Position numbers and translations under genes: made by a program. From positions 41,666 to 105,665 of the forward strand of contig CAMDGV010000002.1 of the NCBI GenBank assembly GCA_945898055.1: a DNA stretch of 64,000 nt, given 5' to 3'. Shown piece by piece: positions 1 to 9,763 of this stretch. The notes under the pieces were generated by a model that saw only the letters and a program-made list of their open reading frames with translations, made no database searches and had not been told where the DNA came from. This DNA comes from Akkermansia muciniphila (GTDB taxonomy: Bacteria; Verrucomicrobiota; Verrucomicrobiia; Limisphaerales; UBA9464). Numbering within the stretch: position 1 is the stretch's first letter; each line of letters begins with the position of its first letter.

Positions 1-588
1 GTAGAATTTCTTGACCCGGGCGACCAATATCTCCGCTGAACAGATACCGATAATTTCGGTCACCCTCTCGAATATCCAAAATCACCTGAGCCGATCCAAG
101 AATATGGCCGGCATCGCGAAACTCCAAGGTAACCCCTGCAGCCACCGACATCCTCCGCTGGTAGTTAATCGCCACAAACTGACGGGTAGCTCTCTCCGCA
201 TCTTCCACTGAGTATAAGGGTTCCACCGGAGGCAATCCCTCCTTGGCTCTCTGTCGCGAGACAAACTGACTGTCCGCCAACTGCACTCGCGCCGAATCCT
301 CTAGCATCACCGCACACAAATCACGGGTCGCAAAAGTCGCATAAATATTGCCCGTGTATCCCTTCTTACAAAGGGAGGGCAGATTCCCCGAATGATCAAT
401 GTGCGCATGGCTCAAAATCACCGCATCCAGAGTTGCTGGATCAAAAGGAAATTCACGGTTCCGAGCCGACGATTCCTCACGTCTTCCCTGATTTAATCCG
501 CACTCAAGAAGAATCTTTGCGCCATTCACCTCAACCAGATACATCGAACCGGTCGTGTTACGGGCGGCCCCAAGGTAATGGATTTTCA
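1..588 (-). CDS. MBL-fold metallo-hydrolase, beta-CASP/RNA-processing type. Only the N-terminal ~196 aa is present; the 3' end runs off the window.
   Basis: My own minus-strand translation from the ATG (cat at 586-588) reads MKIHYLGAARNTTGSMYLVEVNGAKILLECGL... It contains the metallo-beta-lactamase motif ILSHAHIDHSGNLP. The ORF is missing from the track because it is open at the window edge. Confidence 0.75.
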
Positions 589-735
589 TAAAAGAAGGAT
601 GCGTGGGATTCTGAAACCCTTCCAGTTAAACCGAAAAAAAGGTTTTTTACGAATGTCAATCGCCTAGACCTGTTTTGCACAAAAAAAACTATTTCATCCC
701 TCGGCCAAGTTGCCTCACATTGAACTCACTTATTT

Positions 736-2010
736 ATGGACGTACGGTTTCCAAAGATCGGGGACGGAGCCGAAGGCGGCAAAGTCGTCAGTGTGCTCGT
801 CAAAGCGGGCGACACTATCACCACAGGTCAGACTATCCTTGAACTGGAGTCTGAAAAAGCCATCGCGCCCATCCCCTCGCCCGCTACCGGCACAGTGGCT
901 TCGGTGAGGGTGAGGGAGGGCGATACCATTGCCGTGGGCACACTTTTACTTACCCTCGAGGGTTCCGAAGCGCCCCCCAGCGCGCCGCCCAAGGCGAAAG
1001 CCATTGCTAAGAAAATCGCTCCCCAAGTGACCGACGACGAAGAGAGCGAAAGTGACGCTGTGACCGGAGACGAGAGCGATGAAGGTCCCACCCCCGCCGC
1101 GAGTCCTTACGTCCGCAAGGTTGCTAGAGATCTAGGCATCCGCCTGACTCGGGTCCGTGGCAGCGGTTCCGGTGGCCGTGTTCAATTGGAAGATCTGGCC
1201 CGCTACGTCGCAAAGCTCGAGACCAAAGTCGCCCGCGCGGGCCGCTACGCCGAGGGACCTCAAGGCCTCAGTTTTCCCCTAGTCAATCAAGATTTCGGAC
1301 TGTACGGACCGGTCACGAGCGAACCTCTCACCGCCCTTAGAAAAATTATTTCCAGCCGCATGCTCGAAAACAAGGTTACACTTCCTCATGTGACCCAATT
1401 CGATGAGGCTGATATGACCGTTATCGAGACCTTGCGCAACCGCCACAAAGCCGCCTATGAAGCCGCTGGGATTAAGCTAACCCCAACGCCTTTTATTATT
1501 AAGGCACTAGTTAGTGCGCTCCAAAAGCATCCCAAGTTTAACTCGAGTCTCAACGAGGTCGCCGAGGTTCTGGTGCTTAAACACTACTTCCATATCGGTA
1601 TTGCCGTTGATACCGACTCTGGACTTCTGGTGCCGGTGCTCAAGGATGCGGATAAAAAATCTCTCCTTGAAATTTCTCGCGAACTCGCACTCATCGCGGC
1701 CAAAGCGCGTGACCGAAAAATCGGAGCCGAGGAAATGAAGGGAGGGACTTTCACTCTTTCCAACCAAGGTGCGATTGGTGGTTCGCATTTCACTCCGATC
1801 ATTAACAAACCGGAGGTTGCCATTCTCGGACTCGGCAAATCCCACTTGAAACCGATAGTGACCGCCGAAGGGAAGATCGAAGCGCGTCTTATGATGCCAC
1901 TCACTATTAGTTACGACCATCGGGTCATTGACGGGGGGGCGGCCGCCCGATTCACGGTGGATCTAGTCAAGGCCATCGAAGGATTTGAAGAAGCCGCGGT
2001 AAAGCTCTAA
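736..2010 (+). CDS. 2-oxoacid (pyruvate) dehydrogenase complex E2, dihydrolipoamide acyltransferase
   Basis: 424 aa. N-terminal lipoyl domain (LELESEKAIAPIPSP), an Ala/Pro-rich linker, an E3-binding segment (ASPYVRKVARDLGI), and a catalytic domain with DHRVIDGG. Confidence 0.9.
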   Translation: MDVRFPKIGDGAEGGKVVSVLVKAGDTITTGQTILELESEKAIAPIPSPATGTVASVRVREGDTIAVGTLLLTLEGSEAPPSAPPKAKAIAKKIAPQVTDDEESESDAVTGDESDEGPTPAASPYVRKVARDLGIRLTRVRGSGSGGRVQLEDLARYVAKLETKVARAGRYAEGPQGLSFPLVNQDFGLYGPVTSEPLTALRKIISSRMLENKVTLPHVTQFDEADMTVIETLRNRHKAAYEAAGIKLTPTPFIIKALVSALQKHPKFNSSLNEVAEVLVLKHYFHIGIAVDTDSGLLVPVLKDADKKSLLEISRELALIAAKARDRKIGAEEMKGGTFTLSNQGAIGGSHFTPIINKPEVAILGLGKSHLKPIVTAEGKIEARLMMPLTISYDHRVIDGGAAARFTVDLVKAIEGFEEAAVKL

Positions 2011-2022
2011 GCCTTTTGCCAC

Positions 2023-3444
2023 ATGGAACCGATTCAGACTGATCTCGTTGTCATTGGGGCCGGCCCCGGCGGTTACGCTGCCGCCTTTCACGCCGCCGAT
2101 CTGGGTAAGAAGGTCCTGCTCATCGAGCGGGATCCTCGCCTCGGCGGGGTTTGTATGAACCGAGGGTGCATCCCCTCTAAGGCTCTACTAAATGCCTCTC
2201 ACATGATCACCGCCGCACGGGAATCGGCTCATCGCGGGATCACCTTCGGAGAGCCACGGATCGAACTCGACAAACTCCGTCTCTGGAAGGACTCCATTCT
2301 CGAGAAACTCGGTTCTGGCATCGCCAGCCTCGCCAAAATGCGCGGAGTAACGGTCCTCCATGGCCGTGCTCACTTTGAGACTTCGAGCACTCTCCGAGTC
2401 GAGACGCCACAGGGCCAACAGTACATCCAATTTACCAACGCCATTATCGCAGTCGGTTCTCGTCCGGCTCTTCCGAAAGCATTCGACCTCGGCAACCCTC
2501 GGGTCATGACCTCCACTGAGGCTCTCGAGATGGCAGATATTCCAGAGAAATTGCTGGTGGTCGGTGGCGGTTATATCGGGATGGAACTGGGAACGGTCTA
2601 CGCCTCTATGGGATCGCAGGTCACTGTGGTTGAAGCCCTCGAAGCCCTCCTCACTGGAGCAGATCCTGATCTCATACGACCCGTAGCAGCCTATGCCAAA
2701 AAGGCGTTCAAGGAGATTCGGCTCAAGGCAAAGGTCCTTGAAATGAAGACCTCAGCAAAACAGATCAAAGTCACCATCGACTATAACGGCCAAAAATTAG
2801 AAGAATACTACGATCGGGTCTTAGTTTCGGTTGGGCGCATTCCCAATGGTCACGATCTTGGTTTGGAAAATACGGCCGTCCAAAAAGACGATAAGGGGTT
2901 CATCCGAGTCGACGAGAAAATGACAACGACTGATCCTAACATCTATGCGATCGGTGATGTCGCCGGAGGGATTATGCTCGCCCATAAAGCCAGCAAGGAA
3001 GCTCGGATCGCCGTCGATAATATCGCCGGGGAGGGGCACTCGGTGAATCGCGATTACCTCATCCCCGCTGTGATCTTCACCGACCCAGAAGTGGCTTGGG
3101 TAGGACTCACTGAAACCGAAGCCAAAGCCAAAGGGATCTCAATCGAAGTCGCCAAATTCCCTTGGAGCGCTAGTGGTCGTGCTTTGACCTACGACCGAAC
3201 CGATGGTCTGACGAAACTCATCATCGAACCGGGCACCGAACGGATTCTTGGCGTCGGCATTGTCGGTCACGGTGCCGGCGAACTCATCGGTGAGGGCACG
3301 GTGGCTATAGAAATGGGGGCGACCGCTCATGACCTCGCCCAAATCGTGCACCCCCACCCCACTCTGAGCGAAACGCTGATGGAAGGAGCGGAGGTTTTCT
3401 TCGGCCATAGCACCCACGTTTTCACTCGGAAAAAAGCCCACTGA
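2023..3444 (+). CDS. lpdA: Dihydrolipoyl dehydrogenase (E3)
   Basis: 473 aa. FAD-binding GAGPGGY, redox-active disulfide GGVCMNRGCIPSK, a second dinucleotide fold VVGGGYIGMELG, and a C-terminal HPHPTLSE dimerisation motif. It sits 12 nt downstream of E2. Confidence 0.93.
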   Translation: MEPIQTDLVVIGAGPGGYAAAFHAADLGKKVLLIERDPRLGGVCMNRGCIPSKALLNASHMITAARESAHRGITFGEPRIELDKLRLWKDSILEKLGSGIASLAKMRGVTVLHGRAHFETSSTLRVETPQGQQYIQFTNAIIAVGSRPALPKAFDLGNPRVMTSTEALEMADIPEKLLVVGGGYIGMELGTVYASMGSQVTVVEALEALLTGADPDLIRPVAAYAKKAFKEIRLKAKVLEMKTSAKQIKVTIDYNGQKLEEYYDRVLVSVGRIPNGHDLGLENTAVQKDDKGFIRVDEKMTTTDPNIYAIGDVAGGIMLAHKASKEARIAVDNIAGEGHSVNRDYLIPAVIFTDPEVAWVGLTETEAKAKGISIEVAKFPWSASGRALTYDRTDGLTKLIIEPGTERILGVGIVGHGAGELIGEGTVAIEMGATAHDLAQIVHPHPTLSETLMEGAEVFFGHSTHVFTRKKAH

Positions 3445-3664
3445 ACAACTCCAACCAACCAGTGAATAGCCTTCTCCGCCGCCCGAAAGCTTTGGTAACT
3501 CCACTTTAGAGTATGATTGTACCCCACTGAACCTAGGAGATCTCGAGATACGTCTCCTCTCCCAGTTTCAGTCCAAAACAAAGTCTTGCTTCGCTGATTT
3601 TCCTTCCACAGATACCAATCTTTCCCCAAAGATCACTCCCTGCTTCGCCTCCTGCGCCGCGGCC

Positions 3665-4372
3665 TTGCTCATGAACAAACATCTTGCAACATTGATTATC
3701 TCCACGCTCTCCGCTTCAGCCGCCTTGGCCCAAGACAAGCTGGACCTTACCAACGAAAAGTCCCGTTCCAGTTATGCCATCGGCGCTGACATTGGAAAAA
3801 GCATGAAAAAGCAGGGGCTTGAACTCGACGGGAAAGCCCTCGCCGCTGGTATCGCCGATAGTTTCAGCAGCAAAATGCAACTAACCGATGCCGAATTAGA
3901 AAAAACCTTGAGCGACTTTAAAACGAGCCTTATGCAGAAACGTCAAGCCACTCAGGCCATTGCTGGTGATGAAAACACCACTAAGGGCGCCGCTTACCTC
4001 GCCGCGAATGCGAAAAAAGACGGGGTCAAATCCACCGCCAGTGGACTCCAATACAAAGTTCTCAAAACCGCTGCGGCCGGTGCTAAATCTCCTAAGGCTA
4101 CCGACACGGTTAAGGTTCACTATCACGGCACCCTCATTGATGGCACCGTTTTCGATAGCTCTGTTGATCGCAAAGAGCCGATCTCGTTTCCCTTGAATGG
4201 AGTCATCCCCGGTTGGACTGAAGGCGTACAACTCATGAAGGTGGGAGAGAAATTCCAATTTACTATCCCCTCCGAACTCGCCTATGGCGCCCAAGGAGCC
4301 GGTGGGTCGATCGGACCAAACTCGACCCTCATTTTCGAAGTCGAACTTCTCGCTATTGAGTCGGGTAAGTAA
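3665..4372 (+). CDS. FKBP-type peptidyl-prolyl cis-trans isomerase (FkpA/Mip-like), secreted
   Basis: Signal peptide MLMNKHLATLIISTLSASAALAQ and a helical N-domain. The C-terminal FKBP domain reads VKVHYHGTLIDGTVFDSS...IPGWTEG...LIFEVELL. Confidence 0.88.
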   Translation: MLMNKHLATLIISTLSASAALAQDKLDLTNEKSRSSYAIGADIGKSMKKQGLELDGKALAAGIADSFSSKMQLTDAELEKTLSDFKTSLMQKRQATQAIAGDENTTKGAAYLAANAKKDGVKSTASGLQYKVLKTAAAGAKSPKATDTVKVHYHGTLIDGTVFDSSVDRKEPISFPLNGVIPGWTEGVQLMKVGEKFQFTIPSELAYGAQGAGGSIGPNSTLIFEVELLAIESGK

Positions 4373-4406
4373 AAGCTAAAAGACTCTCGTGCGAGAGAGT
4401 TTGCAG

Positions 4407-4450
4407 AAAACCGCTGGGTTCGCCATAAGTTCTCAGCGGTTTTCTTTATT
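4407..4450 (+). terminator. Probable intrinsic terminator downstream of the FKBP gene
   Basis: Perfect 10-bp stem AAAACCGCTG (4407-4416) / CAGCGGTTTT (4434-4443) with a 17-nt loop, followed by the T-rich CTTTATT. Confidence 0.5.
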
Positions 4451-4499
4451 CTATGTCTCCTTCAGCGGCGGATTGAGCCTCGCTAGCCCCTGATCTACC

Positions 4500-5948
4500 A
4501 TGCGGTCGCTGATTCAATCAGTTCCAAGCCAGCAAACACCAGAATCCCTCGCCAGACGACTCGAACTCGAACCCGGGCTCGTCGTTCTGCGCACCGGCAT
4601 GTTCGAAGTTCCCTCGGCACGCTACTCGTTTGTCACCGCACGTCCTATCCTTCGCTTCCGATCCAGCGGGTCCCGCTGCGAAACACTCCAACTCGGTACA
4701 GAATCGGAAGTGCAATTCGGAAATCCTTGGGCCTTGCTGAATGCTCTCGTCGCTCGCTTCGAACTCCTCGACGAAGAGTCCCTTCCCTTTCCTTTGGGCG
4801 GCATTTTCGGTTTCTGGGGGTACGATCTTAAGCACTTTGTCGAACCCCGCCTCAGCCGCCACACCGTCCATGACTTGGAGCTGCCCGACTGTAACGTTGG
4901 ATTCTATGCCAGCCTCGTTGTCTTTGATCATTTGGAAAATTCTGTTTTCATTGTCTCCACCGGCCTCGAAGCCAACGGAGAACGCTCCCAATCAAGAGCC
5001 GATACGGACCTTGACTGGTGGAAACACCAACTCCTCTCCGAACCCAGTTCACTCCCTTTCACTCTCTCAACTCCTTTCATAAGTCATTGCGGATCTTCCC
5101 TCCAATCCTCGTTCCCTAAACACCAGTTCCTTCAGGCCGTCAAACAGGCCCAAGATTGGATCCGCTCTGGCGACATTTACCAAGTCAATCTCGCGCAACG
5201 TCTCGACGCAGAATGGGCCTTCGGTGGACTCGATCTTTTCGAACAACTCTGCCGGATTTCCCCCTCTCCTTTTGCTGCCTTTATCGCCGCAGATGAATTT
5301 TCGATCTGCTCCTCATCGCCAGAACTCTTCCTCCGCCTCAGCGGTCGTCATGCCGTAACCCGGCCCATCAAGGGAACCCGCCCCCGTCATAGTGATCCCA
5401 CTTTAGATGCGGCACTCACTCAGGAACTTATCACCAGTGAAAAAGAACGCGCAGAACTGGTGATGATTACTGATTTGCTTCGTAATGATCTCGGACGGGT
5501 CAGTGAGTTTGGTTCCGTCAATGTTCCCCACTTGGCACACCTCGAACGTTTTGCTCAAGTCCAACATCTCGTCTCTACGATCCAATCCACTATCCGGGCG
5601 CATCTAACCCATCTCGACGTCCTAGAAAGCTGTTTTCCAGGTGGCAGCATCACTGGGGCTCCAAAGATTCGTGCCATGGAGATTATCGACCTTCTCGAGC
5701 CGGTTGCTCGGGGGCCCTACACTGGCTGCATCGGCTACCTTGGCTTCAATCGAGAAAGCCAACTCAGCATCGCGATACGGACCGTGGTGATCAAAGACGG
5801 CCGCGCTTGGTTTCACGTTGGAGCCGGCATCGTTTCGGATTCGATCGCTTCCGCAGAGTACCAAGAAACATGGTCGAAGGCCGGTGGCATCGTATCTGCA
5901 CTCGGAATTACTGAATTGGACCGTCAGACGGCCATCAATCGATATTGA
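4500..5948 (+). CDS. pabB: Aminodeoxychorismate synthase component I (chorismate-binding enzyme, PabB-like)
   Basis: 482 aa with SPELFLR, PIKGTRPR, KERAELVMITDLLRNDLGRV and GGSITGAPKIRAMEIIDLLEPVARGPYTGCIGY. The C-terminal AEYQETWSKA resembles the PabB tail. TrpE cannot be fully excluded. Confidence 0.8.
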   Translation: MRSLIQSVPSQQTPESLARRLELEPGLVVLRTGMFEVPSARYSFVTARPILRFRSSGSRCETLQLGTESEVQFGNPWALLNALVARFELLDEESLPFPLGGIFGFWGYDLKHFVEPRLSRHTVHDLELPDCNVGFYASLVVFDHLENSVFIVSTGLEANGERSQSRADTDLDWWKHQLLSEPSSLPFTLSTPFISHCGSSLQSSFPKHQFLQAVKQAQDWIRSGDIYQVNLAQRLDAEWAFGGLDLFEQLCRISPSPFAAFIAADEFSICSSSPELFLRLSGRHAVTRPIKGTRPRHSDPTLDAALTQELITSEKERAELVMITDLLRNDLGRVSEFGSVNVPHLAHLERFAQVQHLVSTIQSTIRAHLTHLDVLESCFPGGSITGAPKIRAMEIIDLLEPVARGPYTGCIGYLGFNRESQLSIAIRTVVIKDGRAWFHVGAGIVSDSIASAEYQETWSKAGGIVSALGITELDRQTAINRY

Positions 5949-6958
5949 TGACCGGTTGGCTGCGTTTTGGGTGCGGGGTGCCGCATTACCGGTTGGCACG
6001 CATGCAGAAGTCTCTGGGTGTCCCGTTGCCGGAGTCCACGCAATGGGAGGCGATGCTGCCAGTGGCGCAGGCGGCGGAACCGGTTTTTCGAGAATTGATC
6101 CGTCAAGCCGCGCAAGTCTCGGTGCTGTACGTGGACGACACCACGATGCGGGTGCGAGAAATGCGCTCCAAAGGAGGAAGCGTAATCGATCCAAAACGCA
6201 CTGGCACCTTCACCACCGCGGTCGTGGGGGAATTGGGTCGGCAAACGATGATCCTCTACTTCACCGGCTGGAAACATGCTGGGGAGAACCTCACCGATGT
6301 CCTCCGGCAGCGGGAGGCCGGCCTAGAGCCACCGATCCTGATGTGCGATGCGTTGTCGCGAAACGTCCCTAAGGAATTCCGGACCGTGCTCGCCAATTGC
6401 TTGGTTCACGGCCGGCGAGAATTTGTGGATAATCGCGAATGCTTCCGGGGCGAATGCCAGCATGTGCTGGAGCAATTGGCTGAAGTCTACCGGGTCGACG
6501 CCGAGGCGAAGGAGCGAAGTCTGAATCCGCTGGAGCGGTTGGCGCACCACCAGACCCACAGCGGACCGGTGATGGCCGGGCTTCAAAGCTGGATGGCCGA
6601 AGAGTTGGCCCAAAAGAGGACCGAGCCGAACTCGGGCTTGGGCTTGGCGATCCGGTATATGCAGAACCACTGGGAGGCGTTGACGCTATTTTTGCGGGTG
6701 GCCGGGGCCCCCCTGGACAACAACGTCGCCGAGCGGACGTTGAAGGCGGCGATCATGCACCGGAAAAACTCCATGGGTTATAAAACGGTCAACGGCGCGA
6801 AGGTGGGGGACATCTTCATGAGCCTGATCCACACCTGTCGGAGCAGCGGGGCCAACCCCTTCGAGTACCTGCTGGCGCTGGCGCGCAACCCGGAGGCGGT
6901 GGCCGCCCATCCTAGCGACTGGCTGCCGTGGAATTATCCAAAGCCATCCCGGGCGTAG
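5945..6958 (+). mobile_element. IS66-family transposase (TnpC) fragment lacking the N-terminal ~180-200 aa
   Basis: The ORF opens inside the conserved ...HYRLARMQKSLGVPLPESTQWEAM... (LYRQ-like) segment. It continues through the DDE region (VLYVDDTTMRV, LMCDA) to the IS66 C-terminal HTCRSSGANPFEYL. There is no zinc-finger or leucine-zipper N-terminus, and the fragment abuts the pabB stop codon. Confidence 0.8.
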
Positions 6959-7335
6959 GATCTCGGATCGCTCCGCCCCCCCGGGTACGGCGCCCTCGAT
7001 GTCATGAAACGGCGGGAAATCCGCTTCCGCACCCTCACCGAAGCAACACGGTGATGACGCGTTGCCGGAATTCCTCCACGGACTTGCGGACGTATCATTT
7101 TGAGTACTTTGAGCGGCCCTGGAAAAAGAACCCCAAGCTACGGCAAATCGTGGTCCAGGCCACGGCGCCCAACGGACGCAAGATCCAAGTCTCCATCCTG
7201 ACCGACGATGGGAAGCGGAAGGCGGAACAAATCATTCAACTCATGTTCAGTCGTTGGTTGCAGGAGAATGACGTTAAGTATCTCGACCCACATTTTGGGA
7301 TCAATCAAATCACCAGCTATCGCGGACTTGGTTAA
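6928..7335 (+). mobile_element. DDE transposase fragment (IS4-like superfamily C-terminal piece)
   Basis: The homologous part, about 7090-7335, reads ...KIQVSILTDDGKRKAEQIIQLMFSRWLQENDVKYLDPHFGINQITSY. It carries an R-x3-E-x3-K type C-terminal transposase signature. No N-terminal catalytic region is present. Confidence 0.5.
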
Positions 7336-7471
7336 AAAAGACAGTGCGATGTCGATGCTCGTTATGCCTGCCGTAGCGCCTCTCGAATCGCCGCTCGCCA
7401 TCAGCAACTACGAATATGAGTTTGCTTTTTAAGCCTGAGGTTAAGTTTAAGAACTGGTTGGGTTGAAGGCC

Positions 7472-8566
7472 TTAGGTCGGCGGACGCATCATGACTTGCG
7501 CGGGGTTGATCGCTTTGTACTTACCTTTGTTCGCAGTGATCTCGAAGGCTTTAGGGACGGATTCGATCCCAGAAAGAATGTGCGTGAGGGTCGGCTTCAA
7601 TTGGATACGGCCAGTGGCGACCAACCGGACGGTATGTTCGAGGTGCGCCTGGGTGCTGATATCTGGAAAAACGTAACGAAGACTGCGCTCGCGCAAGAGA
7701 TCGACGTTCAATTGCAAGGGTCCGCCGAACCAGGAGACCCCCACGAGCTTTCCTCCGGAGCGCACCGCTTCGATCGCTTGAAGGAGTGTTTGGTGGCCGG
7801 CTAGCCCTTGTTTCGGGCTGCCGCCCGCGCACTCGAAGACCACATCTGCGCCGGTGCCGCCGGTCAACTGGTGGATCGTCGAGATGATATCACAATTGCG
7901 AGCATTTAGGGCGTGGTCTGCACCGAGTTCGCGGGAAACGTGACAGGCCTCGTCACGCACATCCACGGTGATGATCAGGCCGGCACCGCTGAGGCGCGCG
8001 ACCTGCAAGCATTCCAGTCCCATGCTGCCTTGGCCTAGGATGACGACCGCGTCGCCGATTTGCAGTTGGGCCGTCTCCACTGCGGCGACACTGTCACTCA
8101 AAGATTGGAGACACGCTGCTTCGCTGTCAGAAATCCGGTCGTCCACCTTGACGAGTGCAATCTCCGGCAGGGAAGCGATTTCGGAGAAACAACCGGGAAG
8201 ATCGAATCCGATGACCGGTCCCTTGCGGCAAAGTTCGCTGCGTTCGGAACAGCAAAGTGAACATTTGCCGCAAGGAAGCTTGGCGCGTGCCGCGACGCGG
8301 TCGCCGGGACGAAATCGGCTCACGCCATTGGTTTCTAGAACGCGGGCGCAAAACTCATGTCCGAAAAGTTGGATAGGCGCCTCTGTTTCGAGGCGGCGTT
8401 TGATCCGGTCGAAGGCCAGCGTCGGGATTCCGCACGCAAGTTGGGCTTCCGTGACGCTCGGTTGCACAAAGAGCGGCTCAACCAAAACGTGTCCCGGCAA
8501 ACAGACAGGTTCGGAAATGTCGTCGAGCCGCATGTCATTGAATCCGTAAAAACGCCAAGCTTTCAT
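7472..8566 (-). CDS. Zinc-dependent medium-chain alcohol/polyol dehydrogenase
   Basis: 364 aa. Catalytic-zinc GHEFCARV, structural-zinc cysteines CGKCSLCCSERSELC, and the Rossmann segment ILGQGSMGLE. Confidence 0.8.
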   Translation of the reverse strand: MKAWRFYGFNDMRLDDISEPVCLPGHVLVEPLFVQPSVTEAQLACGIPTLAFDRIKRRLETEAPIQLFGHEFCARVLETNGVSRFRPGDRVAARAKLPCGKCSLCCSERSELCRKGPVIGFDLPGCFSEIASLPEIALVKVDDRISDSEAACLQSLSDSVAAVETAQLQIGDAVVILGQGSMGLECLQVARLSGAGLIITVDVRDEACHVSRELGADHALNARNCDIISTIHQLTGGTGADVVFECAGGSPKQGLAGHQTLLQAIEAVRSGGKLVGVSWFGGPLQLNVDLLRERSLRYVFPDISTQAHLEHTVRLVATGRIQLKPTLTHILSGIESVPKAFEITANKGKYKAINPAQVMMRPPT

Positions 8567-8716
8567 CTTAAAGGAAGGGAATAAAATGGCGAATAACGGC
8601 GTTTGAATTCAAATTCAGAATAAGGAATCAGAATCCCAGAGCAGAAAATTCCTCGCCTCATTTCCTCTTTATTCAAAGGACCAGTATCTTTCAGTGTCAT
8701 TGGTGATTTCTTTCGT

Positions 8717-9763
8717 TCAACGACAGGTTTTTCGGGTGAATTTTTGCAATGTGTGGCAGGTTCGCGGGACTAGGCCGCGATTGCCACCCGCAGATAAAGT
8801 AACTTCGGCCACATAAATGTCACCGTGCGAATCGACACAGATGCCGTGCGGCGCGAAAAAGTCTCCCGGAGCACACGGATTTTGGCCGCCACCCCAACGC
8901 GCTTGAAGTTCGCCGTGCCGGTCGAAGATGCTCACCCGTCCACCTGGCGCATCGGCGGTGGGCGCGGTGGTACCGGGCCACATACCTGCGCGAAAACCCA
9001 ACTCGGCCACAAACACATTCCCCGCCTCGTCGATGAAGATCTGACACGGGCGCGCAACATCGGTCCATTCGGAAAGGAACCTGCCGTCGGGCGTGAAGAG
9101 CTGGATGCGACTGTTCTCACGATCAGCCACGTACACCGTCCCTTGCCGATCGACCGCGATGCCGTGGGGCACCTGAAACTGTCCGGGGCCGTTCCCCGGT
9201 TCGCCAAAAGAAAAGATAAGCCGGCCATCAGACGAAAACTTGTGCACCCTTGCGTTGCCGTAGCCATCGCAAACGTACATTTCTCTCTCGGGCGAAAGGG
9301 CCATGTTGGTCGGGAAATGGAACGGCGGCCCGAAACGCAGAATGGTGCGATAGTCCACACTGATGGCGCCGGTGTTCGACGGCTTTCCGCTTGTGCCCAA
9401 CGTCAGCAACAGCCTGCCATCAGGAGTAAACTTGCGGACGGTGTGATCAAGGTCGTCGGTGCAATAGACAGCATCGTCTGGCCCGATAAAAATGCCATGG
9501 GGCCGCGCAAACAGACCCTCCCCCCATGAGTGCAAAAATGTGCCGTCGGGGTTGAAGACCATGACCGCGTGCTCGCCGCGATTGAAAACATAGACATGAT
9601 CCTCCGCGTCGGTTGCCACTGCGACCACTTCGGTCCAACTCCATCCAATCGGCAGCTTCGCCCACAGGTCATTGGCCTCGTAGCCAAATTGAAGACAAGG
9701 CTTCGTTGCGGTCGAAGTGAGGTCGGTGTGATTTTGCTGAAGCATGGCCGGTTTAGATTTCAT
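8717..9763 (-). CDS. NHL-repeat six-bladed beta-propeller protein (peptidyl-alpha-hydroxyglycine lyase-like)
   Basis: Repeated blocks such as PHGIFIGPDDAVYCTD, PHGIAVDRQGTVYVADRENSRIQLF and PHGICVDSHGDIYVAEV. Confidence 0.75.
   Translation of the reverse strand: MKSKPAMLQQNHTDLTSTATKPCLQFGYEANDLWAKLPIGWSWTEVVAVATDAEDHVYVFNRGEHAVMVFNPDGTFLHSWGEGLFARPHGIFIGPDDAVYCTDDLDHTVRKFTPDGRLLLTLGTSGKPSNTGAISVDYRTILRFGPPFHFPTNMALSPEREMYVCDGYGNARVHKFSSDGRLIFSFGEPGNGPGQFQVPHGIAVDRQGTVYVADRENSRIQLFTPDGRFLSEWTDVARPCQIFIDEAGNVFVAELGFRAGMWPGTTAPTADAPGGRVSIFDRHGELQARWGGGQNPCAPGDFFAPHGICVDSHGDIYVAEVTLSAGGNRGLVPRTCHTLQKFTRKTCR

Noticed and set aside
736-3444. E2-E3 dehydrogenase genes with no E1 genes in the window
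   Set aside because: E1 genes are often encoded elsewhere, and the upstream neighbour is simply a divergent MBL-fold gene. Nothing in the sequence suggests anything unusual.
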